From NCBI RefSeq assembly GCF_000010065.1, contig NC_006576.1:990001-1022000 (forward strand): a stretch of DNA of 32,000 nucleotides, in the 5' to 3' direction. Source of the stretch: Synechococcus elongatus PCC 6301 (lineage in GTDB: Bacteria; Cyanobacteriota; Cyanobacteriia; Synechococcales; Synechococcaceae). Made by a program: the position numbers and the translations under genes. Position 1 is the stretch's first letter. Each line of letters opens with the position of its first letter. The notes under the pieces are model-generated. The model saw only the letters and a program-made list of their open reading frames with translations. It had not been told where the DNA came from and ran no database searches. Below, piece by piece: positions 10,429 through 18,978 of this stretch.

Positions 10429-10500
10429 CTGGGGCGCTAGGATTCGAACCTAGGAATGGCGGAACCAAAATCCGCTGCCTTACCGCTTGGCGACGCCCCA
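10429..10500 (-). tRNA. tRNA-Gln (anticodon UUG), CCA not encoded
   Basis: The reverse complement reads TGGGGCGTCGCCAAGCGGTAAGGCAGCGGATTTTGGTTCCGCCATTCCTAGGTTCGAATCCTAGCGCCCCAG. Acceptor stem is UGGGGCG/CGCCCCA. Anticodon stem is GCGGA/UCCGC with loop UUUUGGU. The T-arm GGTTCGAATCC is present. It closely parallels E. coli tRNA-Gln. Confidence 0.92.
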
Positions 10501-10517
10501 ATGGCTGTGCCTTAACT

Positions 10518-10546
10518 AAATTAAAAGCCTGAAAATGCTTTGTCAA
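10518..10546 (-). promoter_or_regulatory. Candidate promoter for tRNA-Gln
   Basis: On the minus strand: TTGACA (10546..10541), a 17-nt spacer, then TAATTT (10523..10518). The -10 element ends 17 nt upstream of the mature tRNA 5' end. Confidence 0.5.
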
Positions 10547-10600
10547 GTTTTTTCTCAAGATTTTCTGCCTGCGCTGGATGGGCAAGCAGAACAAGTAGCC

Positions 10601-10624
10601 GAGGGGCCCAGCATCTGACCCCTC
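10601..10624 (-). terminator. Hairpin downstream of ilvD (weak terminator candidate)
   Basis: GAGGGG-N12-CCCCTC forms a 6-bp GC stem 27 nt past the ilvD stop. No clear U-tract follows, so confidence is low. Confidence 0.3.
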
Positions 10625-10650
10625 TCGCACAGTGAAACCCTCAACGATCG

Positions 10651-12510
10651 CTAGCGAGATCCGAGAATTTGGCTGAGATCGCGGACGCCGCCCCGGGCCG
10701 CCGAGGTCGTCATGGCTGCGTAGGCTTGTAGCGCTTGGGAAATCGGGCGATCACGATCTTTCGGAGTCCAAGCTTGGTCACCCCGCGCTTCCATAGCAGC
10801 ACGGCGGTGCGCCAGTTCTTCCTCCGAGACCGCTAGATGAATGCGGCGATTCGGGATGTCGATTTCGATGCGATCGCCCTGTTCTACCAGCGCAATGAGA
10901 CCGCCTTCCGCCGCCTCCGGCGAAACATGACCGATCGAGAGGCCGGACGTACCGCCCGAGAAACGTCCATCAGTAATCAGTGCACAGGCCTTACCCAAGC
11001 CCTTCGACTTGAGGTAGCTGGTGGGGTAAAGCATTTCCTGCATACCGGGGCCACCGCGCGGACCTTCGTAGCGAATCAGAACAACATCGCCTTCCTTGAC
11101 GCGCCCGTTCAGAATCCAGTTGACGGCTTCATCTTGGCTTTCGCAAACCACCGCTGGCCCCGAGAAGACAAGGATGTTTTCATCGACGCCGGCTGTTTTG
11201 ACAATGCAGCCCTGCTCGGCCAAGTTGCCGTAAAGCACCGCCAGACCCCCATCTTGCGAGTAGGCGTGTTCGATGTCGCGGATACAGCCATTCTCGCGAT
11301 CGAGATCCAAGGCGGTCCAGCGTTTCGACTGGCTAAAAGCTTCCTGGGTCGGTACCCCGCCCGGAGCCGCCAGATAGCGTGACTTCGCTTCCTCCGTCGC
11401 CGTTTCTCGGTTGATATCCCACTGATCGAGAGCTGCTCCCAGACTGGGGCTATGGACGGTTGGGACTTCGCGATGCAACAGCCCAGCGCGATCGAGCTCC
11501 CCGAGGATGGCGATCACACCGCCCGCTCGATGCACGTCCTCCATGTGGTACTTCTGCGTCGAGGGCGCGACCTTGCAGAGGTTAGGGATTTTGCGCGAGA
11601 GGCGATCGATGTCCTTCATCGTGAAGTCCACACCCGCCTCGTGAGCTGCCGCTAGTAGATGCAAGACCGTGTTGGTCGAGCCGCCCATCGCAATGTCGAG
11701 ACAGATCGCGTTTTCAAAGGCCTTGAAGCTGGCGATGCTGCGGGGTAAGACCGACTCGTCATCCTGCTCGTAGTACTGTTTCGCTAGTTTGACTGCCAAA
11801 CGACCCGCTTCGAGGAACAGCTCTTTGCGATCGCCGTGGGTTGCCAGCAACGAACCATTGCCCGGCAGACTCAAGCCCAGCGCTTCCGTCAGACAGTTCA
11901 TCGAGTTAGCCGTGAACATGCCCGAGCAAGAGCCACAGGTGGGGCAGGCCGATCGCTCAATCGTGGCCACATCTTCATCAGACTCGCGATCATCGGCGGC
12001 GACAACCATGGCATCGACCAAGTCGAGGTGGCGCTCTTCACCATTGAGGATGACTTTGCCCGCTTCCATCGGGCCACCGGAGACAAACACGGCGGGAATA
12101 TTGAGCCGCAGCGCCGCCATCAGCATCCCCGGCGTGATCTTGTCGCAGTTGGAAATGCAGACCAGCGCATCAGCACAATGGGCGTTGACCATGTACTCAA
12201 CCGAGTCGGCGATCAAGTCCCGCGATGGTAAAGAGTAGAGCATACCGCCGTGGCCCATGGCGATGCCGTCATCGACCGCGATTGTGTTGAATTCCTTGGC
12301 GACACCACCGGCTCGCTCAATCTCCCGCGCCACCAGTTGACCCAAGTCCTTGAGGTGGACGTGCCCCGGCACAAACTGGGTGAAGGAGTTCGCGACCGCA
12401 ATGATCGGCTTTTCAAAGTCCTCGTCCTTCATACCCGTGGCACGCCAAAGTGCTCGGGCGCCAGCCATGTTACGGCCGTAAGTCGTTGTGCGCGATCGGT
12501 ACTGAGGCAT
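10651..12510 (-). CDS. ilvD: Dihydroxy-acid dehydratase
   Basis: 619 aa. Contains CDKITPGM and the C-terminal motif [24 protein letters not shown], typical of IlvD/Edd family members. Confidence 0.95.
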   Translation of the reverse strand: MPQYRSRTTTYGRNMAGARALWRATGMKDEDFEKPIIAVANSFTQFVPGHVHLKDLGQLVAREIERAGGVAKEFNTIAVDDGIAMGHGGMLYSLPSRDLIADSVEYMVNAHCADALVCISNCDKITPGMLMAALRLNIPAVFVSGGPMEAGKVILNGEERHLDLVDAMVVAADDRESDEDVATIERSACPTCGSCSGMFTANSMNCLTEALGLSLPGNGSLLATHGDRKELFLEAGRLAVKLAKQYYEQDDESVLPRSIASFKAFENAICLDIAMGGSTNTVLHLLAAAHEAGVDFTMKDIDRLSRKIPNLCKVAPSTQKYHMEDVHRAGGVIAILGELDRAGLLHREVPTVHSPSLGAALDQWDINRETATEEAKSRYLAAPGGVPTQEAFSQSKRWTALDLDRENGCIRDIEHAYSQDGGLAVLYGNLAEQGCIVKTAGVDENILVFSGPAVVCESQDEAVNWILNGRVKEGDVVLIRYEGPRGGPGMQEMLYPTSYLKSKGLGKACALITDGRFSGGTSGLSIGHVSPEAAEGGLIALVEQGDRIEIDIPNRRIHLAVSEEELAHRRAAMEARGDQAWTPKDRDRPISQALQAYAAMTTSAARGGVRDLSQILGSR

Positions 12511-12686
12511 GGTGAGTGTTTCGGCGTCGTCTTCTAACCGAATTATCTGAGCAAATGCCCCCAGCTGGGTCAGACTCGGACTTCAGCGATCGCAATTGCG
12601 ACAATAGACAACGACCAAGGACCCCAGCAGCGGCAGTACTTTTGAGGGCGATCGCAGCAACTGAGGTCAGGCTTAATCAACAGGCG

Positions 12687-14453
12687 TTAGGCCGGAAAAA
12701 TCCGCAGACGCCGGTTCGGTTCTTCGCCAAAGCTGGCGGATTTGAGGCGGTAATGCTCCACCAGTTCGTGCTGCATTTTCCGCACGATCGCCGATCGCGG
12801 CAGTAGTTCCACTGGCTGGCCTTTCGGCAGCACGATTTGCTCGACTGCTAGCCGTGCCTCTTCCAGCGCCTCAATCTCATCGTTTTTACCCGCCTTCGTG
12901 AACAGCTCTAAGTTGACTGTTTCCGGCTCATCTAACTGCTCTTGATTGAGGAGCCGGCGCAGTGCTCGCACAATCTGCGGCATCGTGTTGGACTTGATCA
13001 CATGGATCGGCACATGGTGGTTGCGAGCCACATGACGCAGCTTCGACTGGCCTTTGAGTTGCCCCGCCAGCGCCAAAACCACATCGGCATCTGCCAAATC
13101 TTTGGTCAGCAAGACCGGCAGTTGCAGCGTGTCGATCACCTGCTCAAGGTAGTGGCGACTGACTGCGTAGGGGTAGACATGCAGCGGTAGCTCTTCGCCA
13201 TTGGGACCGACTGGACGGGCTACATCGGTCGCCAATGCCTGCTCAAAGGCTACCTCTGGGTCACGCAGATCTTCCCGCGTTGTCGGCACATCTAGTACCG
13301 GCGGTAGTGGCCGCATCCGTCCCGACGATCGCCAGCCGCGATCGCTGGTGTGGCTCCAAGTCTGCTGCGTGACGGAGGCCGGTTGCTTGGGCGCATCTTT
13401 GAAAGCCGGCGCAATTAGGACGCGGCCATCTTCCGAGAGCGTCCGTACCTGTGGATTGGGCTGACCTTGGCGCAGCAGTAGACCGACGGTGTTCGCCACA
13501 TCTTCGTGCACGACCCAGCGGTAGCGCTCCAGCATTTCCACCGCAATTTCGAAGGTGGGCGGCGCTTTACGCTCCAGCACCGTTTTCTGGCTACCACGAC
13601 GACGGGCTTCATCATCACCCAGCGTTACAGATTGAATGCCTCCGACCAAATCTGACAGCGTCGGGTTTTTGATCAGGTTTTCGATCTGGTTGCCGTGCGC
13701 CGTCCCGACCAGTTGAACGCCCCGTTCTGCGATCGTCCGTGCGGCGAGGGCTTCCAGTTCTGTACCGATTTCATCAATGATGATCACCTCGGGCATGTGG
13801 TTCTCCACCGCCTCGATCATCACTTGGTGCTGTAGCTCTGGCCGCGCTACTTGTAGCCGCCGCGCCCGCCCGATCGCCGGATGAGGAATGTCGCCATCGC
13901 CAGCAATTTCGTTGGAGGTGTCGATGATCACGACCCGCTTGAGTAGGTCATCGGCCAGCACCCGTGCCACTTCCCGCAGGGCAGTGGTTTTCCCAACGTC
14001 GGGACGACCTAGGAATAGCAGCGATTGCCCTGTTTCTACCAAGTCGCGGATCATGCCGACGGTGCCAAAGACAGCACGACCCACTCGACAGGTGAGACCA
14101 ATCACTTCGCCTTTGCGGTTGCGGATGGCACCTATCCGGTGCAGGGTACGCTCGATTCCCGCCCGATTATCGGCACCAAAATCACCGACCCGAGCAGCGC
14201 AATAGGCCAAGTCTTCACGGCTGACTGGCGTTTCCGACAGGTATTCTGCGCCCTCGGGAAAACGCGCCTCAGGGAAGCGCCCTAGGTCAAGCACCACCTC
14301 TACCAAGCGGTCTTTTTGGGGATGGCGCAGCAGCTGATCCCGGAGCTGGGGCGGCAGAATTTCCAGCAGTTCATCGAGGTTATCGACGACTGTCTTTTCG
14401 CGCACGGCTGCGAGTTCAGGCGTCAGTGTCTCGGAGGCAAGCGTCTCAGACAT
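12687..14453 (-). CDS. ycf45: Ycf45-type AAA ATPase with C-terminal R3H nucleic-acid-binding domain
   Basis: Walker A is GRPDVGKTT and Walker B is VIIIDEIG. The C-terminal R-x3-H motif (RKMQHELVEHYRLKSASFGEEPNRRLRIFP) resembles R3H/Jag-type domains. The ATG at 14453..14451 overlaps the ldpA stop. Confidence 0.85.
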   Translation of the reverse strand: MSETLASETLTPELAAVREKTVVDNLDELLEILPPQLRDQLLRHPQKDRLVEVVLDLGRFPEARFPEGAEYLSETPVSREDLAYCAARVGDFGADNRAGIERTLHRIGAIRNRKGEVIGLTCRVGRAVFGTVGMIRDLVETGQSLLFLGRPDVGKTTALREVARVLADDLLKRVVIIDTSNEIAGDGDIPHPAIGRARRLQVARPELQHQVMIEAVENHMPEVIIIDEIGTELEALAARTIAERGVQLVGTAHGNQIENLIKNPTLSDLVGGIQSVTLGDDEARRRGSQKTVLERKAPPTFEIAVEMLERYRWVVHEDVANTVGLLLRQGQPNPQVRTLSEDGRVLIAPAFKDAPKQPASVTQQTWSHTSDRGWRSSGRMRPLPPVLDVPTTREDLRDPEVAFEQALATDVARPVGPNGEELPLHVYPYAVSRHYLEQVIDTLQLPVLLTKDLADADVVLALAGQLKGQSKLRHVARNHHVPIHVIKSNTMPQIVRALRRLLNQEQLDEPETVNLELFTKAGKNDEIEALEEARLAVEQIVLPKGQPVELLPRSAIVRKMQHELVEHYRLKSASFGEEPNRRLRIFPA

Positions 14454-15511
14454 CAGGGGGTTCGTAGGAGGAAGGCCGGAATCGATCGCGTTGCACCACC
14501 CACCGCTTGTTTGAGCGGCCCCACCAAGGCGATCGCCGTTGTCACTGCGGCTTGCAGAACTTCGGGATGGGCTTCGAGGGATCGCTGCTGTTCTGCCAAA
14601 GGCTCTAGCAACTCAGCTAACGGTGTGCGTGCTGCTCCACCGCAGGCGATCCCCGCGACAAAGCGAGAAACCTGGGGTGCTAACAGCTTTAGCTCTTGCA
14701 GCTTAGCGACAGTGTGGGCATTGGTGCCGCCCGCTAGCTGCACATGGCCCGGTGGCCCCTCTGTCAGCATGGCTTGAGCGAAGCGCACAGCCGCATGGGT
14801 AGTACCGGCTCCAATATCACCGCTCATCGGGCGGCCGTCCGTCTGCCAAATCACGGTTTCAACCGTGTTGCCCACGAGTTCTTGCAAATCCCAGAGGTAG
14901 GCGATCGCCTCGGGATGAGCCGGACAACTGATCGCGATCGCCTGCAGTTGGGGCAGCCACGGTTGTAGTTGCTGCCAAAGCTGCTGAAATTCTTTTTGAT
15001 GCCCGACTTGGGTATGGATCTCGATCGCGTTGATCCCTAAGTCCAGTAATTCCGGCAAGAGAGCCGCAGCATCGACTTGCCAAGCCTGCGCTTCAATTAG
15101 CCCGAGCGGGCAGATCGGTAGACAGCGCCCACAGCCATAGCAGCGATCGCGTTGCACGCCAGTGGAAGTAATTGCATCGGTCGGACAGACCCGCTCGCAG
15201 GGTCTGGGGCAATCCGTGGGGCAGCGATCGGGATCAAACCAAGCGCGGGGGAAATGCAGATCCTCGCCGTCGTTAAGGCTGACCATCAGCCAGGGGCGAT
15301 CGCGTCCTGTTAGACGTTCATAGGCTGCGAGTCCTGCCAGCGCTGACCGCACCACAGCCGGCTCCGCCGCCACATCGACACAATCGGCACCGGCAAGGGC
15401 ATAGGTCAGAGCAAGGTTACGGATCACTGGCAAGTGCTGGTAGCTTGCGCCACAGATCAGCTTGAACCAGTGACCCGCTTGTAGAGCTTCGAGGGGGAAT
15501 GAGGCACTCAC
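14453..15511 (-). CDS. ldpA: LdpA (light-dependent period A), Fe-S redox-sensing circadian input protein
   Basis: 352 aa with a GTG start. Two ferredoxin-like Cys clusters: CPTDCPRPCERVCP and CYGCGRCLPICP. I recognise the N-terminus ...HWFKLICGASYQHLPVIRNLALTYALAGADCVDVAA as LdpA-like. This is recognition from memory, not from a search. Confidence 0.8.
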   Translation of the reverse strand: MSASFPLEALQAGHWFKLICGASYQHLPVIRNLALTYALAGADCVDVAAEPAVVRSALAGLAAYERLTGRDRPWLMVSLNDGEDLHFPRAWFDPDRCPTDCPRPCERVCPTDAITSTGVQRDRCYGCGRCLPICPLGLIEAQAWQVDAAALLPELLDLGINAIEIHTQVGHQKEFQQLWQQLQPWLPQLQAIAISCPAHPEAIAYLWDLQELVGNTVETVIWQTDGRPMSGDIGAGTTHAAVRFAQAMLTEGPPGHVQLAGGTNAHTVAKLQELKLLAPQVSRFVAGIACGGAARTPLAELLEPLAEQQRSLEAHPEVLQAAVTTAIALVGPLKQAVGGATRSIPAFLLRTP

Positions 15512-15520
15512 CCCTCAATG

Positions 15521-16900
15521 CTATCGACTTACCGGCTGGAGGTGTTGCTCGAAGCGAGCGCGGTAATCGCTCTTCATTTTGACGCCGCGAATCTCATCGA
15601 CTTTGGCCTTGTCTTTGAACAGCTGCAGGGTTGGTGTCCCAACCACACCAGCAGACTGGGCAATTTCCGGATCAGCATCAATGTCGATCAGCACGTAGTG
15701 CAGGCGATCGGAGAACTCTTCCGCCACTTTGCGTAGGATCGGCTTTAGCGTCCGGCAAGGGCCACAGGTTGGCGCCGTGTAGAGCACCGCCAAGAGGCGA
15801 TCGGACTCATGGTAGAGCTTGCGCAGGGCATAGCTGCCTTCGTGGTAGACCGACGTAGGGTCAAATTCAGAGGCTTCCGGCTGACTGGCAGCAGGCGTTG
15901 CTGCAGCCTTGGTCTCTGGCTCTGCCGCTGCAGCTTCCTGCTTGTATTCCTGCAGCAAGTTATGAGCCGACAGGTAGCGTTCCGCCAGCAGTGCTGCCGC
16001 ACAACCCGTTCCTGCGGCTGTAATTGCTTGGCGATATTCGTGATCCTGCACATCGCTCGCAGCAAACACGCCTTCCAGCGAGGTTTCTACGGAATCAGGC
16101 TTGGTGCGAATGTAGCCGGTTCCATCCAGCTCAATTTGGCCTTCGAACAGTTTTGTATTCGGGGTGTGACCGATCGCGTAGAACAATCCTTGGGCCGCGA
16201 TCGCTTTTTCTTCACCAGTTTGATTATTGCGAACGCGCACTGCCTCTAGCAGCGTATTGCCCACTGCTTCGATCGCTTCGGTATGCCAGTGGACGGTGAC
16301 GTTGGGATGGGCTAGCACGCGATCTTGCATCGCTTTACTCGCTCGCATGCGATCGCTGCGCACCAACAAGTGAACATGCTTAGCGTATTTGGTCAGATAG
16401 ACCGCTTCTTCCGCCGCCGTATCGCCACCGCCAATGACTACCAGTTCACCATCACGGAAGATCGGCGCAGCTCCGTCACAAATCGCGCAGGCAGAAATGC
16501 CGTTGTTCCAGAGGCGGTCTTCGCCGGGTAGAGACAGACGCCGGGCCGTCGCTCCCGTGGCGATGATCACGCTGTGGGCCAGCACCTCCCGCTCTTGGGA
16601 ACGAATCCGAAACGGACGCTGACTGAGGTCGGCGCTGATCACGTCTTCGGTGTAGAGTTCTGCACCCCAGCGCACAGCTTGAGCCCGCATCCGCTCCATC
16701 AGCTCAGGGCCGGTGATGCCCTCTGGGAACCCCGGAAAGTTTTCCACCTCGGTTGTCGTCATCAACTGACCACCGGGCAAGCCACCCAGCTGATAGCCCT
16801 CGAACATCAAGGGCTTGAGATTAGCGCGAGCTGCGTAGATTGCCGCAGTCAACCCTGCCGGACCCGAACCAATAATGACCACGTTTTCAACGCCAGTCAT
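15521..16900 (-). CDS. ntrC: NADPH-dependent thioredoxin reductase C (TrxR-Trx fusion)
   Basis: FAD/NADPH thioredoxin reductase module with redox motif CAICDG. A C-terminal thioredoxin module with CGPC is fused to it. 459 aa. Confidence 0.9.
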   Translation of the reverse strand: MTGVENVVIIGSGPAGLTAAIYAARANLKPLMFEGYQLGGLPGGQLMTTTEVENFPGFPEGITGPELMERMRAQAVRWGAELYTEDVISADLSQRPFRIRSQEREVLAHSVIIATGATARRLSLPGEDRLWNNGISACAICDGAAPIFRDGELVVIGGGDTAAEEAVYLTKYAKHVHLLVRSDRMRASKAMQDRVLAHPNVTVHWHTEAIEAVGNTLLEAVRVRNNQTGEEKAIAAQGLFYAIGHTPNTKLFEGQIELDGTGYIRTKPDSVETSLEGVFAASDVQDHEYRQAITAAGTGCAAALLAERYLSAHNLLQEYKQEAAAAEPETKAAATPAASQPEASEFDPTSVYHEGSYALRKLYHESDRLLAVLYTAPTCGPCRTLKPILRKVAEEFSDRLHYVLIDIDADPEIAQSAGVVGTPTLQLFKDKAKVDEIRGVKMKSDYRARFEQHLQPVSR

Positions 16901-16959
16901 GACATCCCCCCAAAGTCATAATGACTACATATTAGAGGATTGTTCGGGTCTACGGGGGC

Positions 16960-18957
16960 TTATTGTTGGGCGCGATACTCATCGGCGCTCAGGGTGCGCC
17001 ACTGGGACTCGGGCAGAATTTCCAGCACGGTTTCGTGGAAATCGCAGAGGGTAGGGCGGTGACCCACACTGACGTAGCTGATTCCCAGATTGCGCAGCAG
17101 CGTGTAAACCCGATGTTCATTGGCAACGTCGAGGGCGCTGGTGCCTTCGTCGAGGATGGCAAACTTGGGACGGCTGAGCACGATTCGGGCAAAGGCCAAG
17201 CGCTGCTGCTCCCCGAGCGAGAAGACACTGCTCCAGTCTTCAAGGGCATCAAAGCCTTCGGGGCGATCGTCGAGGATGTAACGGAGATTGACCCGTTCCA
17301 GCGCATCCAGCAATTCCGCATCGCTGAAGCGGCCCGGTGCATGGGGATAGACCAGCTGCGACCGCAGGTTCCCCAGCAGCATGTAGGGGCGCTGGGGCAG
17401 GAAGAGAATATCCTGCGTAGATGGCCGTTCAATCTGACCTTGGCCACTATTCCAGAGACCGGCGATCGCTCGCAGCAGCGAAGTTTTGCCAAAGCCACTG
17501 GGACCGACGATCAGCAAGGCTTCTTGGTCGGCCAAGCTGAGGTTCAAATCCTTGACCAAGACTTTGCGATAGTCCGGCGTTTCCAAGATGACATCGACGA
17601 GCCGCAGCAACGGGCCGTATTCAGTACTGATCTGAGGACGATTGCGATCGGTTTCGGTGCGCTCCACCGTCCGCATCACCTGTTCAAAGGAACCAAGACG
17701 ATTGACCCCAGCGGCGAAACGCGAAATTTCCTGAATCTGGTAGGTGATGATCGACAGCGCTCCCAAAATTTGCGAGAAAGCCAGAATTGACTGGGAGATC
17801 ACGCCGAAATCCTGCTGGCCGCTGAAGTAAAGCGGCACCACAATCAGGTAGGGCGGAATTCGCGAGAAGTAGTCGTAGAAGCGCTGATAGACCGAAAGGA
17901 TGGTATTCCAGATGATCAAGCGATCGAAGTTCAGCAGGACTTGGCCAAAGCGATCGCGGACTTGGCGGCGTTCTTGAGCTTCCCCTTGATAAAAGGCGAT
18001 CGTTTCGGCGTTATCCCGCACATGCACCATGCCGTACCGGAAGTTCGCTTCAAGACGCAGTTGATCAAAGTTGATCCGAATTAGTTTGGTCCCGGCCAAG
18101 ACTGAGATTGCCGTCCCAATCACGGCGTAGGCGAGCAGTCCTAGCGTCAACTGCTTGGAAACCGTCCAGAGAATCGCCGTGAAGCTAATCAGTGTTAGGA
18201 CTGCATCAAAGACTTGAATCAAGAACGACAGGGTTGTGTCGGTAAAAGCTTTGACGTCCTCAGTGATCCGCTGGTCTGGGTTGTCGACTGCCGTATCAGC
18301 CGAGTTGGAATCGAGACGATAGTAGACCCGATTGCCAAAATAGCGGCGCAGAAAATCATCGGTGAGCCATTCCCGCCAGAGCAGCCCCAGCTTCAGTGGC
18401 AGATAACTGAGTGCCCCTCGCACGGGCAGGGCAATCACTAGCGTCAGCACATAAATACCAAGGAACTGCCAGAAGCTGGCTTGTTCTTTGGCGACGAGGC
18501 TGTTTTCCAGCACCCGAGCGATAAAAGTGATACCAACGTTGATGCCATTGATGGCAAACAACAGAAAGATGAGTCCACCCAACATCAGCCAGGGCAACCA
18601 GCGGTGCCGAATCTTGCGCCAAAAGGCGGCAAAGACTCCGGCACCAACTAGAAAAATCAGGGCGCAGATACCCAAAAAGGGCGATTGGAGCCAGGCATCA
18701 ACCTGCTGCACCAGCCCCTTGGCCACCAGATCAACGAATTGAGCCGGTAAAACGGCTGCCCCCAGCTTGGTGACCCCCACTAAGGCAAAGAAGGTCAGGC
18801 TGACCACGTCCATCAGCAGGGCGATCAGCAGCCCAGAAAATGCCCAGAGACTATTTTTCTCCAGCGGATAGAAGTAGGGCTGAGCAATCTGGATAAAGCT
18901 GTCCCAGAGCTTTTTATCAAAGCGAAAGCGATTGATTTCAGGAGGAGATGCCGTCAT
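16960..18957 (-). CDS. Fused permease-ATPase ABC transporter of the ABCD/SbmA-BacA-like type (ABC_membrane_2)
   Basis: The TMD carries DNPDQRITEDV, characteristic of the ABCD-type membrane domain. The NBD has Walker A GPSGFGKTS, signature LSLGEQQRLAFAR and Walker B FAILDEGTSALD. Confidence 0.85.
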   Translation of the reverse strand: MTASPPEINRFRFDKKLWDSFIQIAQPYFYPLEKNSLWAFSGLLIALLMDVVSLTFFALVGVTKLGAAVLPAQFVDLVAKGLVQQVDAWLQSPFLGICALIFLVGAGVFAAFWRKIRHRWLPWLMLGGLIFLLFAINGINVGITFIARVLENSLVAKEQASFWQFLGIYVLTLVIALPVRGALSYLPLKLGLLWREWLTDDFLRRYFGNRVYYRLDSNSADTAVDNPDQRITEDVKAFTDTTLSFLIQVFDAVLTLISFTAILWTVSKQLTLGLLAYAVIGTAISVLAGTKLIRINFDQLRLEANFRYGMVHVRDNAETIAFYQGEAQERRQVRDRFGQVLLNFDRLIIWNTILSVYQRFYDYFSRIPPYLIVVPLYFSGQQDFGVISQSILAFSQILGALSIITYQIQEISRFAAGVNRLGSFEQVMRTVERTETDRNRPQISTEYGPLLRLVDVILETPDYRKVLVKDLNLSLADQEALLIVGPSGFGKTSLLRAIAGLWNSGQGQIERPSTQDILFLPQRPYMLLGNLRSQLVYPHAPGRFSDAELLDALERVNLRYILDDRPEGFDALEDWSSVFSLGEQQRLAFARIVLSRPKFAILDEGTSALDVANEHRVYTLLRNLGISYVSVGHRPTLCDFHETVLEILPESQWRTLSADEYRAQQ

Positions 18958-18978
18958 AACAAGCCAAGTTGAGCAGGA

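Noticed and set aside
10418-10630. 70-aa minus-strand ORF
   Set aside because: It runs straight through the tRNA-Gln gene and its promoter. The tRNA cloverleaf explains the sequence.
16963-17790. 275-aa plus-strand ORF, together with similar ORFs at 8987..9619 and 10837..11382
   Set aside because: They are antisense to the ABC transporter NBD, speE and ilvD respectively. The sense frames carry Walker, GGGDGG and IlvD motifs, so these are shadow ORFs.
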